DNA of 64,000 nt from the human T2T-CHM13v2.0 reference genome, Homo sapiens, in the NCBI RefSeq assembly GCF_009914755.1, contig NC_060939.1, one strand, 5' to 3'. Positions 42,401-57,400 of the stretch are shown here, piece after piece (position 1 is the stretch's first letter; every line of letters begins with the position of its first letter). The notes beneath the pieces are model-generated. The model ran no database searches, had not been told where the DNA came from, and worked only from the letters and a program-made list of their open reading frames with translations. Both the position numbers and the translations under genes were made by a program.

Positions 42401-45400
42401 AAAGAAGACTCTGAGAATGCTTTTGTCTAGATTTTATATGAAGATATTCCCGTGTCCAACGAAATTTTCAAAGGTCTCCAAATATCCATTTGTAGATTCT
42501 ACAAAAAGAGTGTTTCCAAACTGCTGTATCAAAACAAAGGTTGAACTCTGTGAGTTGAGGACACACATCACAAATAAGTTTCTGAGAATGCTTCTGTCTA
42601 GTTTTTATTTGAAGATGTTTCCTTTTTCACCATAGGCCTGAAAGCGCTCGAAATGTCCACTTCCAGATAGTACAGAAAGAGTGTTTCAAACCTGCTCTAT
42701 GAACGGGAATGTTCAGCTCTGTGAGTTGAATGCAAACATCACAAAGCAGGTTCCGAGAATGCTTCCGTCTAGATTTTAAATGAGGATATTCCCGTTTCCA
42801 ACGAAATCCTCGAAGCTATCCAAATATCCACTTGCAGATTCCACAAAAAGAGTGTTTCAAAACTGCTCTGTCAAAAGATAGGTTCAACTCTGTTAGTTGA
42901 GTACACACATGGCAAACAAGATTGCGAGAATGCTTTCGTCTAGTTTTTTTGGGAAGATATTTCCTTCTTCACCATAGGCCTCAAAGCGCTCCAAATATCC
43001 ATTTCCACATGCTATACAAAGAGTGTCTCAAACCTGCTGTATGAATGGGAATGTTCAACTCTATGAGTTGAATGCAAACATCACAAAGAAGTTTCTGAGA
43101 ATGCTGCTGTCTAGATTTTATATGAAGGTTTTCCCGCTTCCAACGAAATTTTCAATGCTCTCAAAATATCCTCTTGTAGATTCTACAAAAAGAGTGTTTC
43201 CAAACTGCTGTATCAAAACAAAGGTTCATCTCTGTTAGTTGAGGACACACATCACAAATAAGTTTCTGAGAATGCTTCTGTCTAGTTCTTATTTGAAGAC
43301 ATTTCCTTTCTCACCTTAGGCCTGAAAGCGCTCGAAATACCCACTTCCAGATACTACAGAAACAGTGATTCAAACCTGCTCTATGAAAGGGAATGTTCAA
43401 CTAGGTGACTTGAATGCAAACATCACAAAGCAGTTTCTGAGAATGCTGCTGTCTACTTTCTATTTGTAATCCCGTTTCCAACGAAATCCTCAGAACTATC
43501 GAAATTTCCAATTGCAGATTCCACAGAAACAGGGTTTCAAAGCTGCTCTGTAAAAAGAAAGGTTCAACTCTGTTAGTTGAATACACACGTCACAAACAAG
43601 TTTCTGAGAATGCTTCTGTCTAGTTTTTATGGGAAGATATTTCCTTTTTCACCGTAGGCCTCAAAGCGCTCCAAATGTCCACGTCCACATACTACAAAAA
43701 GAGTGTTTCAAACCTGCTGTATGAAAGGGAATGTTCAACTCTATGAGTTGAATGCAAACATTACAAAGAAGTTTCTGAGAATGCTTCTGTCTAGATTTTA
43801 TATGAAGGTTTTCCCGTTTCCAACGAAATTTTCAATGCTCTCAAAATATCCACTTGTAGATTCTACAAAAAGAGTGTTTCCAAACTGCTGTGTCAAAAGA
43901 AAGGTTCAACTCTGTTAGTTGAGGACACACATCACAAATAAGTTTCTGAGAATGCTTCTGTCTAGTTCTTATTTGAAGACATTTCCTTTCTCACCTTAGG
44001 CCTGAAAACGCTCGAAATATCCACTTCCAGATACGACAGAAACAGTGATTCAAACCTGCTCTATGAAAGGGAATGTTCAACTAGGTGACTTGAATGCAAA
44101 CATCACAAAGCAGTTTCTGAGAATGCTGCTGTCTACTTTCTATTTGTAATCCCGTTTCCAACGAAATCCTCAGAACTATCGAAATTTCCAATTGCAGATT
44201 CCACAAAAAGCGTGTTTCAAAGCTGCTCTGTAAAAAGAAAGGTTCAACTCTGTTAGTTGAATACACACGTCACAAACAAGTTTCTGAGAATGCTTCTGTC
44301 TAGTTTTTATGGGAAGATATTTCCTTTTTCACCGTAGGCCTCAAAGCGCTCCAAATGTCCACTTCCACATACTACAAAAAGAGTGTTTCAAACCTGCTCT
44401 ATGATAGGGAATGTTGAAACCTATGAGTTGAATGCAAGCATTACAAAGAGGTTTCTGAGAATGCTTCTGTCTAGATTTTATATGTAGATATTCCCGTTTC
44501 CAACGAAATCCTCAAAGCTATCCAAATATCAACTTGCAGATTCTACAAAAGGAATGTTTCCAAAATGCTGTATCCAAACAAAGGTTCAACTCTGTGAATT
44601 GAGGGCATACATCACAAAGAAGATTCTGAGAATGCTTCTGTCTAGATTTTATATGAAAATATTCCCGTTTCCAACGAAATCCTCAAAGCTATCCAAATAT
44701 CCACTTGCAAATGCCACAAAAAGAGTGTTTCCAAACTGCTCTGTGAAAAGGAAGGTTCAACTCTGTTAGTTGAGTACACACATCACAAAGAGGTTTCTGA
44801 GAATGCTGCTGACTAGTTTTTATTTGAAGATATTTCCCTTTTCACCTTAGGCCTAAGAGTGCTCGAAATGTCCATTTCCACATACTCCACAAAGTGTGTT
44901 TCAAACGTGCTGTATGAAAGGGAATGTTCAACTCTATGAGTTGAATGCAAACATCACAAAGAAGATTCTGAGAATGCTTTTGTCTAGATTTTATATGAAG
45001 ATATTCCCGTGTCCAACGAAATTTTCAAAGGTCTCCAAATATCCATTTGTAGATTCTACAAAAAGAGTGTTTCCAAACTGCTGTATCAAAACAAAGGTTG
45101 AACTCTGTGAGTTGAGGACACACATCACAAATAAGTTTCTGAGAATGCTTCTGTCTAGTTTTTATTTGAAGATGTTTCCTTTTTCACCATAGGCCTGAAA
45201 GCGCTCGAAATGTCCACTTCCAGATAGTACAGAAAGAGTGTTTCAAACCTGCTCTATGAACGGGAATGTTCAGCTCTGTGAGTTGAATGCAAACATCACA
45301 AAGCAGGTTCTGAGAATGCTTCCGTCTAGATTTTAAATGAGGATATTCCCGTTTCCAACGAAATCCTCGAAGCTATCCAAATATCCACTTGCAGATTCCA

Positions 45401-48400
45401 CAAAAAGAGTGTTTCAAAACTGCTCTGTCAAAAGATAGGTTCAACTCTGTTAGTTGAGTACACACATGGCAAACAAGATTCCGAGAATGCTTTCGTCTAG
45501 TTTTTTTGGGAAGATATTTCCTTCTTCACCATAGGCCTCAAAGCGCTCCAAATATCCATTTCCACATGCTATACAAAGAGTGTCTCAAACCTGCTGTATG
45601 AATGGGAATGTTCAACTCTATGAGTTGAATGCAAACATCACAAAGAAGTTTCTGAGAATGCTGCTGTCTAGATTTTATATGAAGGTTTTCCCGCTTCCAA
45701 CGAAATTTTCAATGCTCTCAAAATATCCTCTTGTAGATTCTACAAAAAGAGTGTTTCCAAACTGCTGTATCAAAACAAAGGTTCATCTCTGTTAGTTGAG
45801 GACACACATCACAAATAAGTTTCTGAGAATGCTTCTGTCTAGTTCTTATTTGAAGACATTTCCTTTCTCACCTTAGGCCTGAAAGCGCTCGAAATACCCA
45901 CTTCCAGATACTACAGAAACAGTGATTCAAACCTGCTCTATGAAAGGGAATGTTCAACTAGGTGACTTGAATGCAAACATCACAAAGCAGTTTCTGAGAA
46001 TGCTGCTGTCTACTTTCTATTTGTAATCCCGTTTCCAACGAAATCCTCAGAACTATCGAAATTTCCAATTGCAGATTCCACAGAAACAGGGTTTCAAAGC
46101 TGCTCTGTAAAAAGAAAGGTTCAACTCTGTTAGTTGAATACACACGTCACAAACAAGTTTCTGAGAATGCTTCTGTCTAGTTTTTATGGGAAGATATTTC
46201 CTTTTTCACCGTAGGCCTCAAAGCGCTCCAAATGTCCACGTCCACATACTACAAAAAGAGTGTTTCAAACCTGCTGTATGAAAGGGAATGTTCAACTCTA
46301 TGAGTTGAATGCAAACATTACAAAGAAGTTTCTGAGAATGCTTCTGTCTAGATTTTATATGAAGGTTTTCCCGTTTCCAACGAAATTTTCAATGCTCTCA
46401 AAATATCCACTTGTAGATTCTACAAAAAGAGTGTTTCCAAACTGCTGTGTCAAAAGAAAGGTTCAACTCTGTTAGTTGAGGACACACATCACAAATAAGT
46501 TTCTGAGAATGCTTCTGTCTAGTTCTTATTTGAAGACATTTCCTTTCTCACCTTAGGCCTGAAAACGCTCGAAATATCCACTTCCAGATACGACAGAAAC
46601 AGTGATTCAAACCTGCTCTATGAAAGGGAATGTTCAACTAGGTGACTTGAATGCAAACATCACAAAGCAGTTTCTGAGAATGCTGCTGTCTACTTTCTAT
46701 TTGTAATCCCGTTTCCAACGAAATCCTCAGAACTATCGAAATTTCCAATTGCAGATTCCACAAAAAGCGTGTTTCAAAGCTGCTCTGTAAAAAGAAAGGT
46801 TCAACTCTGTTAGTTGAATACACACGTCACAAACAAGTTTCTGAGAATGCTTCTGTCTAGTTTTTATGGGAAGATATTTCCTTTTTCACCGTAGGCCTCA
46901 AAGCGCTCCAAATGTCCACTTCCACATACTACAAAAAGAGTGTTTCAAACCTGCTCTATGATAGGGAATGTTGAAACCTATGAGTTGAATGCAAGCATTA
47001 CAAAGAGGTTTCTGAGAATGCTTCTGTCTAGATTTTATATGTAGATATTCCCGTTTCCAACGAAATCCTCAAAGCTATCCAAATATCAACTTGCAGATTC
47101 TACAAAAGGAATGTTTCCAAAATGCTGTATCCAAACAAAGGTTCAACTCTGTGAATTGAGGGCATACATCACAAAGAAGATTCTGAGAATGCTTCTGTCT
47201 AGATTTTATATGAAAATATTCCCGTTTCCAACGAAATCCTCAAAGCTATCCAAATATCCACTTGCAAATGCCACAAAAAGAGTGTTTCCAAACTGCTCTG
47301 TGAAAAGGAAGGTTCAACTCTGTTAGTTGAGTACACACATCACAAAGAGGTTTCTGAGAATGCTGCTGACTAGTTTTTATTTGAAGATATTTCCCTTTTC
47401 ACCTTAGGCCTAAGAGTGCTCGAAATGTCCATTTCCACATACTCCACAAAGTGTGTTTCAAACGTGCTGTATGAAAGGGAATGTTCAACTCTATCAGTTG
47501 AATGCAAACATCACAAAGAAGACTCTGAGAATGCTTTTGTCTAGATTTTATATGAAGATATTCCCGTGTCCAACGAAATTTTCAAAGGTCTCCAAATATC
47601 CATTTGTAGATTCTACAAAAAGAGTGTTTCCAAACTGCTGTATCAAAACAAAGGTTGAACTCTGTGAGTTGAGGACACACATCACAAATAAGTTTCTGAG
47701 AATGCTTCTGTCTAGTTTTTATTTGAAGATGTTTCCTTTTTCACCATAGGCCTGAAAGCGCTCGAAATGTCCACTTCCAGATAGTACAGAAAGAGTGTTT
47801 CAAACCTGCTCTATGAACGGGAATGTTCAGCTCTGTGAGTTGAATGCAAACATCACAAAGCAGGTTCCGAGAATGCTTCCGTCTAGATTTTAAATGAGGA
47901 TATTCCCGTTTCCAACGAAATCCTCGAAGCTATCCAAATATCCACTTGCAGATTCCACAAAAAGAGTGTTTCAAAACTGCTCTGTCAAAAGATAGGTTCA
48001 ACTCTGTTAGTTGAGTACACACATGGCAAACAAGATTGCGAGAATGCTTTCGTCTAGTTTTTTTGGGAAGATATTTCCTTCTTCACCATAGGCCTCAAAG
48101 CGCTCCAAATATCCATTTCCACATGCTATACAAAGAGTGTCTCAAACCTGCTGTATGAATGGGAATGTTCAACTCTATGAGTTGAATGCAAACATCACAA
48201 AGAAGTTTCTGAGAATGCTGCTGTCTAGATTTTATATGAAGGTTTTCCCGCTTCCAACGAAATTTTCAATGCTCTCAAAATATCCTCTTGTAGATTCTAC
48301 AAAAAGAGTGTTTCCAAACTGCTGTATCAAAACAAAGGTTCATCTCTGTTAGTTGAGGACACACATCACAAATAAGTTTCTGAGAATGCTTCTGTCTAGT

Positions 48401-51400
48401 TCTTATTTGAAGACATTTCCTTTCTCACCTTAGGCCTGAAAGCGCTCGAAATACCCACTTCCAGATACTACAGAAACAGTGATTCAAACCTGCTCTATGA
48501 AAGGGAATGTTCAACTAGGTGACTTGAATGCAAACATCACAAAGCAGTTTCTGAGAATGCTGCTGTCTACTTTCTATTTGTAATCCCGTTTCCAACGAAA
48601 TCCTCAGAACTATCGAAATTTCCAATTGCAGATTCCACAGAAACAGGGTTTCAAAGCTGCTCTGTAAAAAGAAAGGTTCAACTCTGTTAGTTGAATACAC
48701 ACGTCACAAACAAGTTTCTGAGAATGCTTCTGTCTAGTTTTTATGGGAAGATATTTCCTTTTTCACCGTAGGCCTCAAAGCGCTCCAAATGTCCACGTCC
48801 ACATACTACAAAAAGAGTGTTTCAAACCTGCTGTATGAAAGGGAATGTTCAACTCTATGAGTTGAATGCAAACATTACAAAGAAGTTTCTGAGAATGCTT
48901 CTGTCTAGATTTTATATGAAGGTTTTCCCGTTTCCAACGAAATTTTCAATGCTCTCAAAATATCCACTTGTAGATTCTACAAAAAGAGTGTTTCCAAACT
49001 GCTGTGTCAAAAGAAAGGTTCAACTCTGTTAGTTGAGGACACACATCACAAATAAGTTTCTGAGAATGCTTCTGTCTAGTTCTTATTTGAAGACATTTCC
49101 TTTCTCACCTTAGGCCTGAAAACGCTCGAAATATCCACTTCCAGATACGACAGAAACAGTGATTCAAACCTGCTCTATGAAAGGGAATGTTCAACTAGGT
49201 GACTTGAATGCAAACATCACAAAGCAGTTTCTGAGAATGCTGCTGTCTACTTTCTATTTGTAATCCCGTTTCCAACGAAATCCTCAGAACTATCGAAATT
49301 TCCAATTGCAGATTCCACAAAAAGCGTGTTTCAAAGCTGCTCTGTAAAAAGAAAGGTTCAACTCTGTTAGTTGAATACACACGTCACAAACAAGTTTCTG
49401 AGAATGCTTCTGTCTAGTTTTTATGGGAAGATATTTCCTTTTTCACCGTAGGCCTCAAAGCGCTCCAAATGTCCACTTCCACATACTACAAAAAGAGTGT
49501 TTCAAACCTGCTCTATGATAGGGAATGTTGAAACCTATGAGTTGAATGCAAGCATTACAAAGAGGTTTCTGAGAATGCTTCTGTCTAGATTTTATATGTA
49601 GATATTCCCGTTTCCAACGAAATCCTCAAAGCTATCCAAATATCAACTTGCAGATTCTACAAAAGGAATGTTTCCAAAATGCTGTATCCAAACAAAGGTT
49701 CAACTCTGTGAATTGAGGGCATACATCACAAAGAAGATTCTGAGAATGCTTCTGTCTAGATTTTATATGAAAATATTCCCGTTTCCAACGAAATCCTCAA
49801 AGCTATCCAAATATCCACTTGCAAATGCCACAAAAAGAGTGTTTCCAAACTGCTCTGTGAAAAGGAAGGTTCAACTCTGTTAGTTGAGTACACACATCAC
49901 AAAGAGGTTTCTGAGAATGCTGCTGACTAGTTTTTATTTGAAGATATTTCCCTTTTCACCTTAGGCCTAAGAGTGCTCGAAATGTCCATTTCCACATACT
50001 CCACAAAGTGTGTTTCAAACGTGCTGTATGAAAGGGAATGTTCAACTCTATGAGTTGAATGCAAACATCACAAAGAAGATTCTGAGAATGCTTTTGTCTA
50101 GATTTTATATGAAGATATTCCCGTGTCCAACGAAATTTTCAAAGGTCTCCAAATATCCATTTGTAGATTCTACAAAAAGAGTGTTTCCAAACTGCTGTAT
50201 CAAAACAAAGGTTGAACTCTGTGAGTTGAGGACACACATCACAAATAAGTTTCTGAGAATGCTTCTGTCTAGTTTTTATTTGAAGATGTTTCCTTTTTCA
50301 CCATAGGCCTGAAAGCGCTCGAAATGTCCACTTCCAGATAGTACAGAAAGAGTGTTTCAAACCTGCTCTATGAACGGGAATGTTCAGCTCTGTGACTTGA
50401 ATGCAAACATCACAAAGCAGGTTCTGAGAATGCTTCCGTCTAGATTTTAAATGAGGATATTCCCGTTTCCAACGAAATCCTCGAAGCTATCCAAATATCC
50501 ACTTGCAGATTCCACAAAAAGAGTGTTTCAAAACTGCTCTGTCAAAAGATAGGTTCAACTCTGTTAGTTGAGTACACACATGGCAAACAAGATTCCGAGA
50601 ATGCTTTCGTCTAGTTTTTTTGGGAAGATATTTCCTTCTTCACCATAGGCCTCAAAGCGCTCCAAATATCCATTTCCACATGCTATACAAAGAGTGTCTC
50701 AAACCTGCTGTATGAATGGGAATGTTCAACTCTATGAGTTGAATGCAAACATCACAAAGAAGTTTCTGAGAATGCTGCTGTCTAGATTTTATATGAAGGT
50801 TTTCCCGCTTCCAACGAAATTTTCAATGCTCTCAAAATATCCTCTTGTAGATTCTACAAAAAGAGTGTTTCCAAACTGCTGTATCAAAACAAAGGTTCAT
50901 CTCTGTTAGTTGAGGACACACATCACAAATAAGTTTCTGAGAATGCTTCTGTCTAGTTCTTATTTGAAGACATTTCCTTTCTCACCTTAGGCCTGAAAGC
51001 GCTCGAAATACCCACTTCCAGATACGACAGAAACAGTGATTCAAACCTGCTCTATGAAAGGGAATGTTCAACTAGGTGACTTGAATGCAAACATCACAAA
51101 GCAGTTTCTGAGAATGCTGCTGTCTACTTTCTATTTGTAATCCCGTTTCCAACGAAATCCTCAGAACTATCGAAATTTCCAATTGCAGATTCCACAGAAA
51201 CAGGGTTTCAAAGCTGCTCTGTAAAAAGAAAGGTTCAACTCTGTTAGTTGAATACACACGTCACAAACAAGTTTCTGAGAATGCTTCTGTCTAGTTTTTA
51301 TGGGAAGATATTTCCTTTTTCACCGTAGGCCTCAAAGCGCTCCAAATGTCCACGTCCACATACTACAAAAAGAGTGTTTCAAACCTGCTGTATGAAAGGG

Positions 51401-54400
51401 AATGTTCAACTCTATGAGTTGAATGCAAACATTACAAAGAAGTTTCTGAGAATGCTTCTGTCTAGATTTTATATGAAGGTTTTCCCGTTTCCAACGAAAT
51501 TTTCAATGCTCTCAAAATATCCACTTGTAGATTCTACAAAAAGAGTGTTTCCAAACTGCTGTGTCAAAAGAAAGGTTCAACTCTGTTAGTTGAGGACACA
51601 CATCACAAATAAGTTTCTGAGAATGCTTCTGTCTAGTTCTTATTTGAAGACATTTCCTTTCTCACCTTAGGCCTGAAAACGCTCGAAATATCCACTTCCA
51701 GATACGACAGAAACAGTGATTCAAACCTGCTCTATGAAAGGGAATGTTCAACTAGGTGACTTGAATGCAAACATCACAAAGCAGTTTCTGAGAATGCTGC
51801 TGTCTACTTTCTATTTGTAATCCCGTTTCCAACGAAATCCTCAGAACTATCGAAATTTCCAATTGCAGATTCCACAAAAAGCGTGTTTCAAAGCTGCTCT
51901 GTAAAAAGAAAGGTTCAACTCTGTTAGTTGAATACACACGTCACAAACAAGTTTCTGAGAATGCTTCTGTCTAGTTTTTATGGGAAGATATTTCCTTTTT
52001 CACCGTAGGCCTCAAAGCGCTCCAAATGTCCACTTCCACATACTACAAAAAGAGTGTTTCAAACCTGCTCTATGATAGGGAATGTTGAAACCTATGAGTT
52101 GAATGCAAGCATTACAAAGAGGTTTCTGAGAATGCTTCTGTCTAGATTTTATATGTAGATATTCCCGTTTCCAACGAAATCCTCAAAGCTATCCAAATAT
52201 CAACTTGCAGATTCTACAAAAGGAATGTTTCCAAAATGCTGTATCCAAACAAAGGTTCAACTCTGTGAATTGAGGGCATACATCACAAAGAAGATTCTGA
52301 GAATGCTTCTGTCTAGATTTTATATGAAAATATTCCCGTTTCCAACGAAATCCTCAAAGCTATCCAAATATCCACTTGCAAATGCCACAAAAAGAGTGTT
52401 TCCAAACTGCTCTGTGAAAAGGAAGGTTCAACTCTGTTAGTTGAGTACACACATCACAAAGAGGTTTCTGAGAATGCTGCTGACTAGTTTTTATTTGAAG
52501 ATATTTCCCTTTTCACCTTAGGCCTAAGAGTGCTCGAAATGTCCATTTCCACATACTCCACAAAGTGTGTTTCAAACGTGCTGTATGAAAGGGAATGTTC
52601 AACTCTATGAGTTGAATGCAAACATCACAAAGAAGATTCTGAGAATGCTTTTGTCTAGATTTTATATGAAGATATTCCCGTGTCCAACGAAATTTTCAAA
52701 GGTCTCCAAATATCCATTTGTAGATTCTACAAAAAGAGTGTTTCCAAACTGCTGTATCAAAACAAAGGTTGAACTCTGTGAGTTGAGGACACACATCACA
52801 AATAAGTTTCTGAGAATGCTTCTGTCTAGTTTTTATTTGAAGATGTTTCCTTTTTCACCATAGGCCTGAAAGCGCTCGAAATGTCCACTTCCAGAGAGTA
52901 CAGAAAGAGTGTTTCAAACCTGCTCTATGAACGGGAATGTTCAGCTCTGTGAGTTGAATGCAAACATCACAAAGCAGGTTCTGAGAATGCTTCCGTCTAG
53001 ATTTTAAATGAGGATATTCCCGTTTCCAACGAAATCCTCGAAGCTATCCAAATATCCACTTGCAGATTCCACAAAAAGAGTGTTTCAAAACTGCTCTGTC
53101 AAAAGATAGGTTCAACTCTGTTAGTTGAGTACACACATGGCAAACAAGATTCCGAGAATGCTTTCGTCTAGTTTTTTTGGGAAGATATTTCCTTCTTCAC
53201 CATAGGCCTCAAAGCGCTCCAAATATCCATTTCCACATGCTATACAAAGAGTGTCTCAAACCTGCTGTATGAATGGGAATGTTCAACTCTATGAGTTGAA
53301 TGCAAACATCACAAAGAAGTTTCTGAGAATGCTGCTGTCTAGATTTTATATGAAGGTTTTCCCGCTTCCAACGAAATTTTCAATGCTCTCAAAATATCCT
53401 CTTGTAGATTCTACAAAAAGAGTGTTTCCAAACTGCTGTATCAAAACAAAGGTTCATCTCTGTTAGTTGAGGACACACATCACAAATAAGTTTCTGAGAA
53501 TGCTTCTGTCTAGTTCTTATTTGAAGACATTTCCTTTCTCACCTTAGGCCTGAAAGCGCTCGAAATACCCACTTCCAGATACTACAGAAACAGTGATTCA
53601 AACCTGCTCTATGAAAGGGAATGTTCAACTAGGTGACTTGAATGCAAACATCACAAAGCAGTTTCTGAGAATGCTGCTGTCTACTTTCTATTTGTAATCC
53701 CGTTTCCAACGAAATCCTCAGAACTATCGAAATTTCCAATTGCAGATTCCACAGAAACAGGGTTTCAAAGCTGCTCTGTAAAAAGAAAGGTTCAACTCTG
53801 TTAGTTGAATACACACGTCACAAACAAGTTTCTGAGAATGCTTCTGTCTAGTTTTTATGGGAAGATATTTCCTTTTTCACCGTAGGCCTCAAAGCGCTCC
53901 AAATGTCCACGTCCACATACTACAAAAAGAGTGTTTCAAACCTGCTGTATGAAAGGGAATGTTCAACTCTATGAGTTGAATGCAAACATTACAAAGAAGT
54001 TTCTGAGAATGCTTCTGTCTAGATTTTATATGAAGGTTTTCCCGTTTCCAACGAAATTTTCAATGCTCTCAAAATATCCACTTGTAGATTCTACAAAAAG
54101 AGTGTTTCCAAACTGCTGTGTCAAAAGAAAGGTTCAACTCTGTTAGTTGAGGACACACATCACAAATAAGTTTCTGAGAATGCTTCTGTCTAGTTCTTAT
54201 TTGAAGACATTTCCTTTCTCACCTTAGGCCTGAAAACGCTCGAAATATCCACTTCCAGATACGACAGAAACAGTGATTCAAACCTGCTCTATGAAAGGGA
54301 ATGTTCAACTAGGTGACTTGAATGCAAACATCACAAAGCAGTTTCTGAGAATGCTGCTGTCTACTTTCTATTTGTAATCCCGTTTCCAACGAAATCCTCA

Positions 54401-57400
54401 GAACTATCGAAATTTCCAATTGCAGATTCCACAAAAAGCGTGTTTCAAAGCTGCTCTGTAAAAAGAAAGGTTCAACTCTGTTAGTTGAATACACACGTCA
54501 CAAACAAGTTTCTGAGAATGCTTCTGTCTAGTTTTTATGGGAAGATATTTCCTTTTTCACCGTAGGCCTCAAAGCGCTCCAAATGTCCACTTCCACATAC
54601 TACAAAAAGAGTGTTTCAAACCTGCTCTATGATAGGGAATGTTGAAACCTATGAGTTGAATGCAAGCATTACAAAGAGGTTTCTGAGAATGCTTCTGTCT
54701 AGATTTTATATGTAGATATTCCCGTTTCCAACGAAATCCTCAAAGCTATCCAAATATCAACTTGCAGATTCTACAAAAGGAATGTTTCCAAAATGCTGTA
54801 TCCAAACAAAGGTTCAACTCTGTGAATTGAGGGCATACATCACAAAGAAGATTCTGAGAATGCTTCTGTCTAGATTTTATATGAAAATATTCCCGTTTCC
54901 AACGAAATCCTCAAAGCTATCCAAATATCCACTTGCAAATGCCACAAAAAGAGTGTTTCCAAACTGCTCTGTGAAAAGGAAGGTTCAACTCTGTTAGTTG
55001 AGTACACACATCACAAAGAGGTTTCTGAGAATGCTGCTGACTAGTTTTTATTTGAAGATATTTCCCTTTTCACCTTAGGCCTAAGAGTGCTCGAAATGTC
55101 CATTTCCACATACTCCACAAAGTGTGTTTCAAACGTGCTGTATGAAAGGGAATGTTCAACTCTATGAGTTGAATGCAAACATCACAAAGAAGACTCTGAG
55201 AATGCTTTTGTCTAGATTTTATATGAAGATATTCCCGTGTCCAACGAAATTTTCAAAGGTCTCCAAATATCCATTTGTAGATTCTACAAAAAGAGTGTTT
55301 CCAAACTGCTGTATCAAAACAAAGGTTGAACTCTGTGAGTTGAGGACACACATCACAAATAAGTTTCTGAGAATGCTTCTGTCTAGTTTTTATTTGAAGA
55401 TGTTTCCTTTTTCACCATAGGCCTGAAAGCGCTCGAAATGTCCACTTCCAGATAGTACAGAAAGAGTGTTTCAAACCTGCTCTATGAACGGGAATGTTCA
55501 GCTCTGTGAGTTGAATGCAAACATCACAAAGCAGGTTCCGAGAATGCTTCCGTCTAGATTTTAAATGAGGATATTCCCGTTTCCAACGAAATCCTCGAAG
55601 CTATCCAAATATCCACTTGCAGATTCCACAAAAAGAGTGTTTCAAAACTGCTCTGTCAAAAGATAGGTTCAACTCTGTTAGTTGAGTACACACATGGCAA
55701 ACAAGATTGCGAGAATGCTTTCGTCTAGTTTTTTTGGGAAGATATTTCCTTCTTCACCATAGGCCTCAAAGCGCTCCAAATATCCATTTCCACATGCTAT
55801 ACAAAGAGTGTCTCAAACCTGCTGTATGAATGGGAATGTTCAACTCTATGAGTTGAATGCAAACATCACAAAGAAGTTTCTGAGAATGCTGCTGTCTAGA
55901 TTTTATATGAAGGTTTTCCCGCTTCCAACGAAATTTTCAATGCTCTCAAAATATCCTCTTGTAGATTCTACAAAAAGAGTGTTTCCAAACTGCTGTATCA
56001 AAACAAAGGTTCATCTCTGTTAGTTGAGGACACACATCACAAATAAGTTTCTGAGAATGCTTCTGTCTAGTTCTTATTTGAAGACATTTCCTTTCTCACC
56101 TTAGGCCTGAAAGCGCTCGAAATACCCACTTCCAGATACTACAGAAACAGTGATTCAAACCTGCTCTATGAAAGGGAATGTTCAACTAGGTGACTTGAAT
56201 GCAAACATCACAAAGCAGTTTCTGAGAATGCTGCTGTCTACTTTCTATTTGTAATCCCGTTTCCAACGAAATCCTCAGAACTATCGAAATTTCCAATTGC
56301 AGATTCCACAGAAACAGGGTTTCAAAGCTGCTCTGTAAAAAGAAAGGTTCAACTCTGTTAGTTGAATACACACGTCACAAACAAGTTTCTGAGAATGCTT
56401 CTGTCTAGTTTTTATGGGAAGATATTTCCTTTTTCACCGTAGGCCTCAAAGCGCTCCAAATGTCCACGTCCACATACTACAAAAAGAGTGTTTCAAACCT
56501 GCTGTATGAAAGGGAATGTTCAACTCTATGAGTTGAATGCAAACATTACAAAGAAGTTTCTGAGAATGCTTCTGTCTAGATTTTATATGAAGGTTTTCCC
56601 GTTTCCAACGAAATTTTCAATGCTCTCAAAATATCCACTTGTAGATTCTACAAAAAGAGTGTTTCCAAACTGCTGTGTCAAAAGAAAGGTTCAACTCTGT
56701 TAGTTGAGGACACACATCACAAATAAGTTTCTGAGAATGCTTCTGTCTAGTTCTTATTTGAAGACATTTCCTTTCTCACCTTAGGCCTGAAAACGCTCGA
56801 AATATCCACTTCCAGATACGACAGAAACAGTGATTCAAACCTGCTCTATGAAAGGGAATGTTCAACTAGGTGACTTGAATGCAAACATCACAAAGCAGTT
56901 TCTGAGAATGCTGCTGTCTACTTTCTATTTGTAATCCCGTTTCCAACGAAATCCTCAGAACCATCGAAATTTCCAAATGCAGATTCCACAGAAACAGGGT
57001 TTCAAAGCTGCTCTGTAAAAAGAAAGGTTCAACTCTGTTAGTTGAATACACACGTCACAAACAAGTTTCTGAGAATGCTTCTGTCTAGTTTTTATGGGAA
57101 GATATTTCCTTTTTCACGGTAGGCCTCAAAGCGCTCCAAATGTCCACTTCCACATACTACAAAAAGAGTGTTTCAAACCTGCTCTATGATAGGGAATGTT
57201 GAAACCTATGAGTTGAATGCAAGCATTACAAAGAGGTTTCTGAGAATGCTTCTGTCTAGATTTTATATGTAGATATTCCCGTTTCCAACGAAATCCTCAA
57301 AGCTATCCAAATATCAACTTGCAGATTCTACAAAAGGAATGTTTCCAAAATGCTGTATCCAAACAAAGGTTCAACTCTGTGAATTGAGGGCATACATCAC

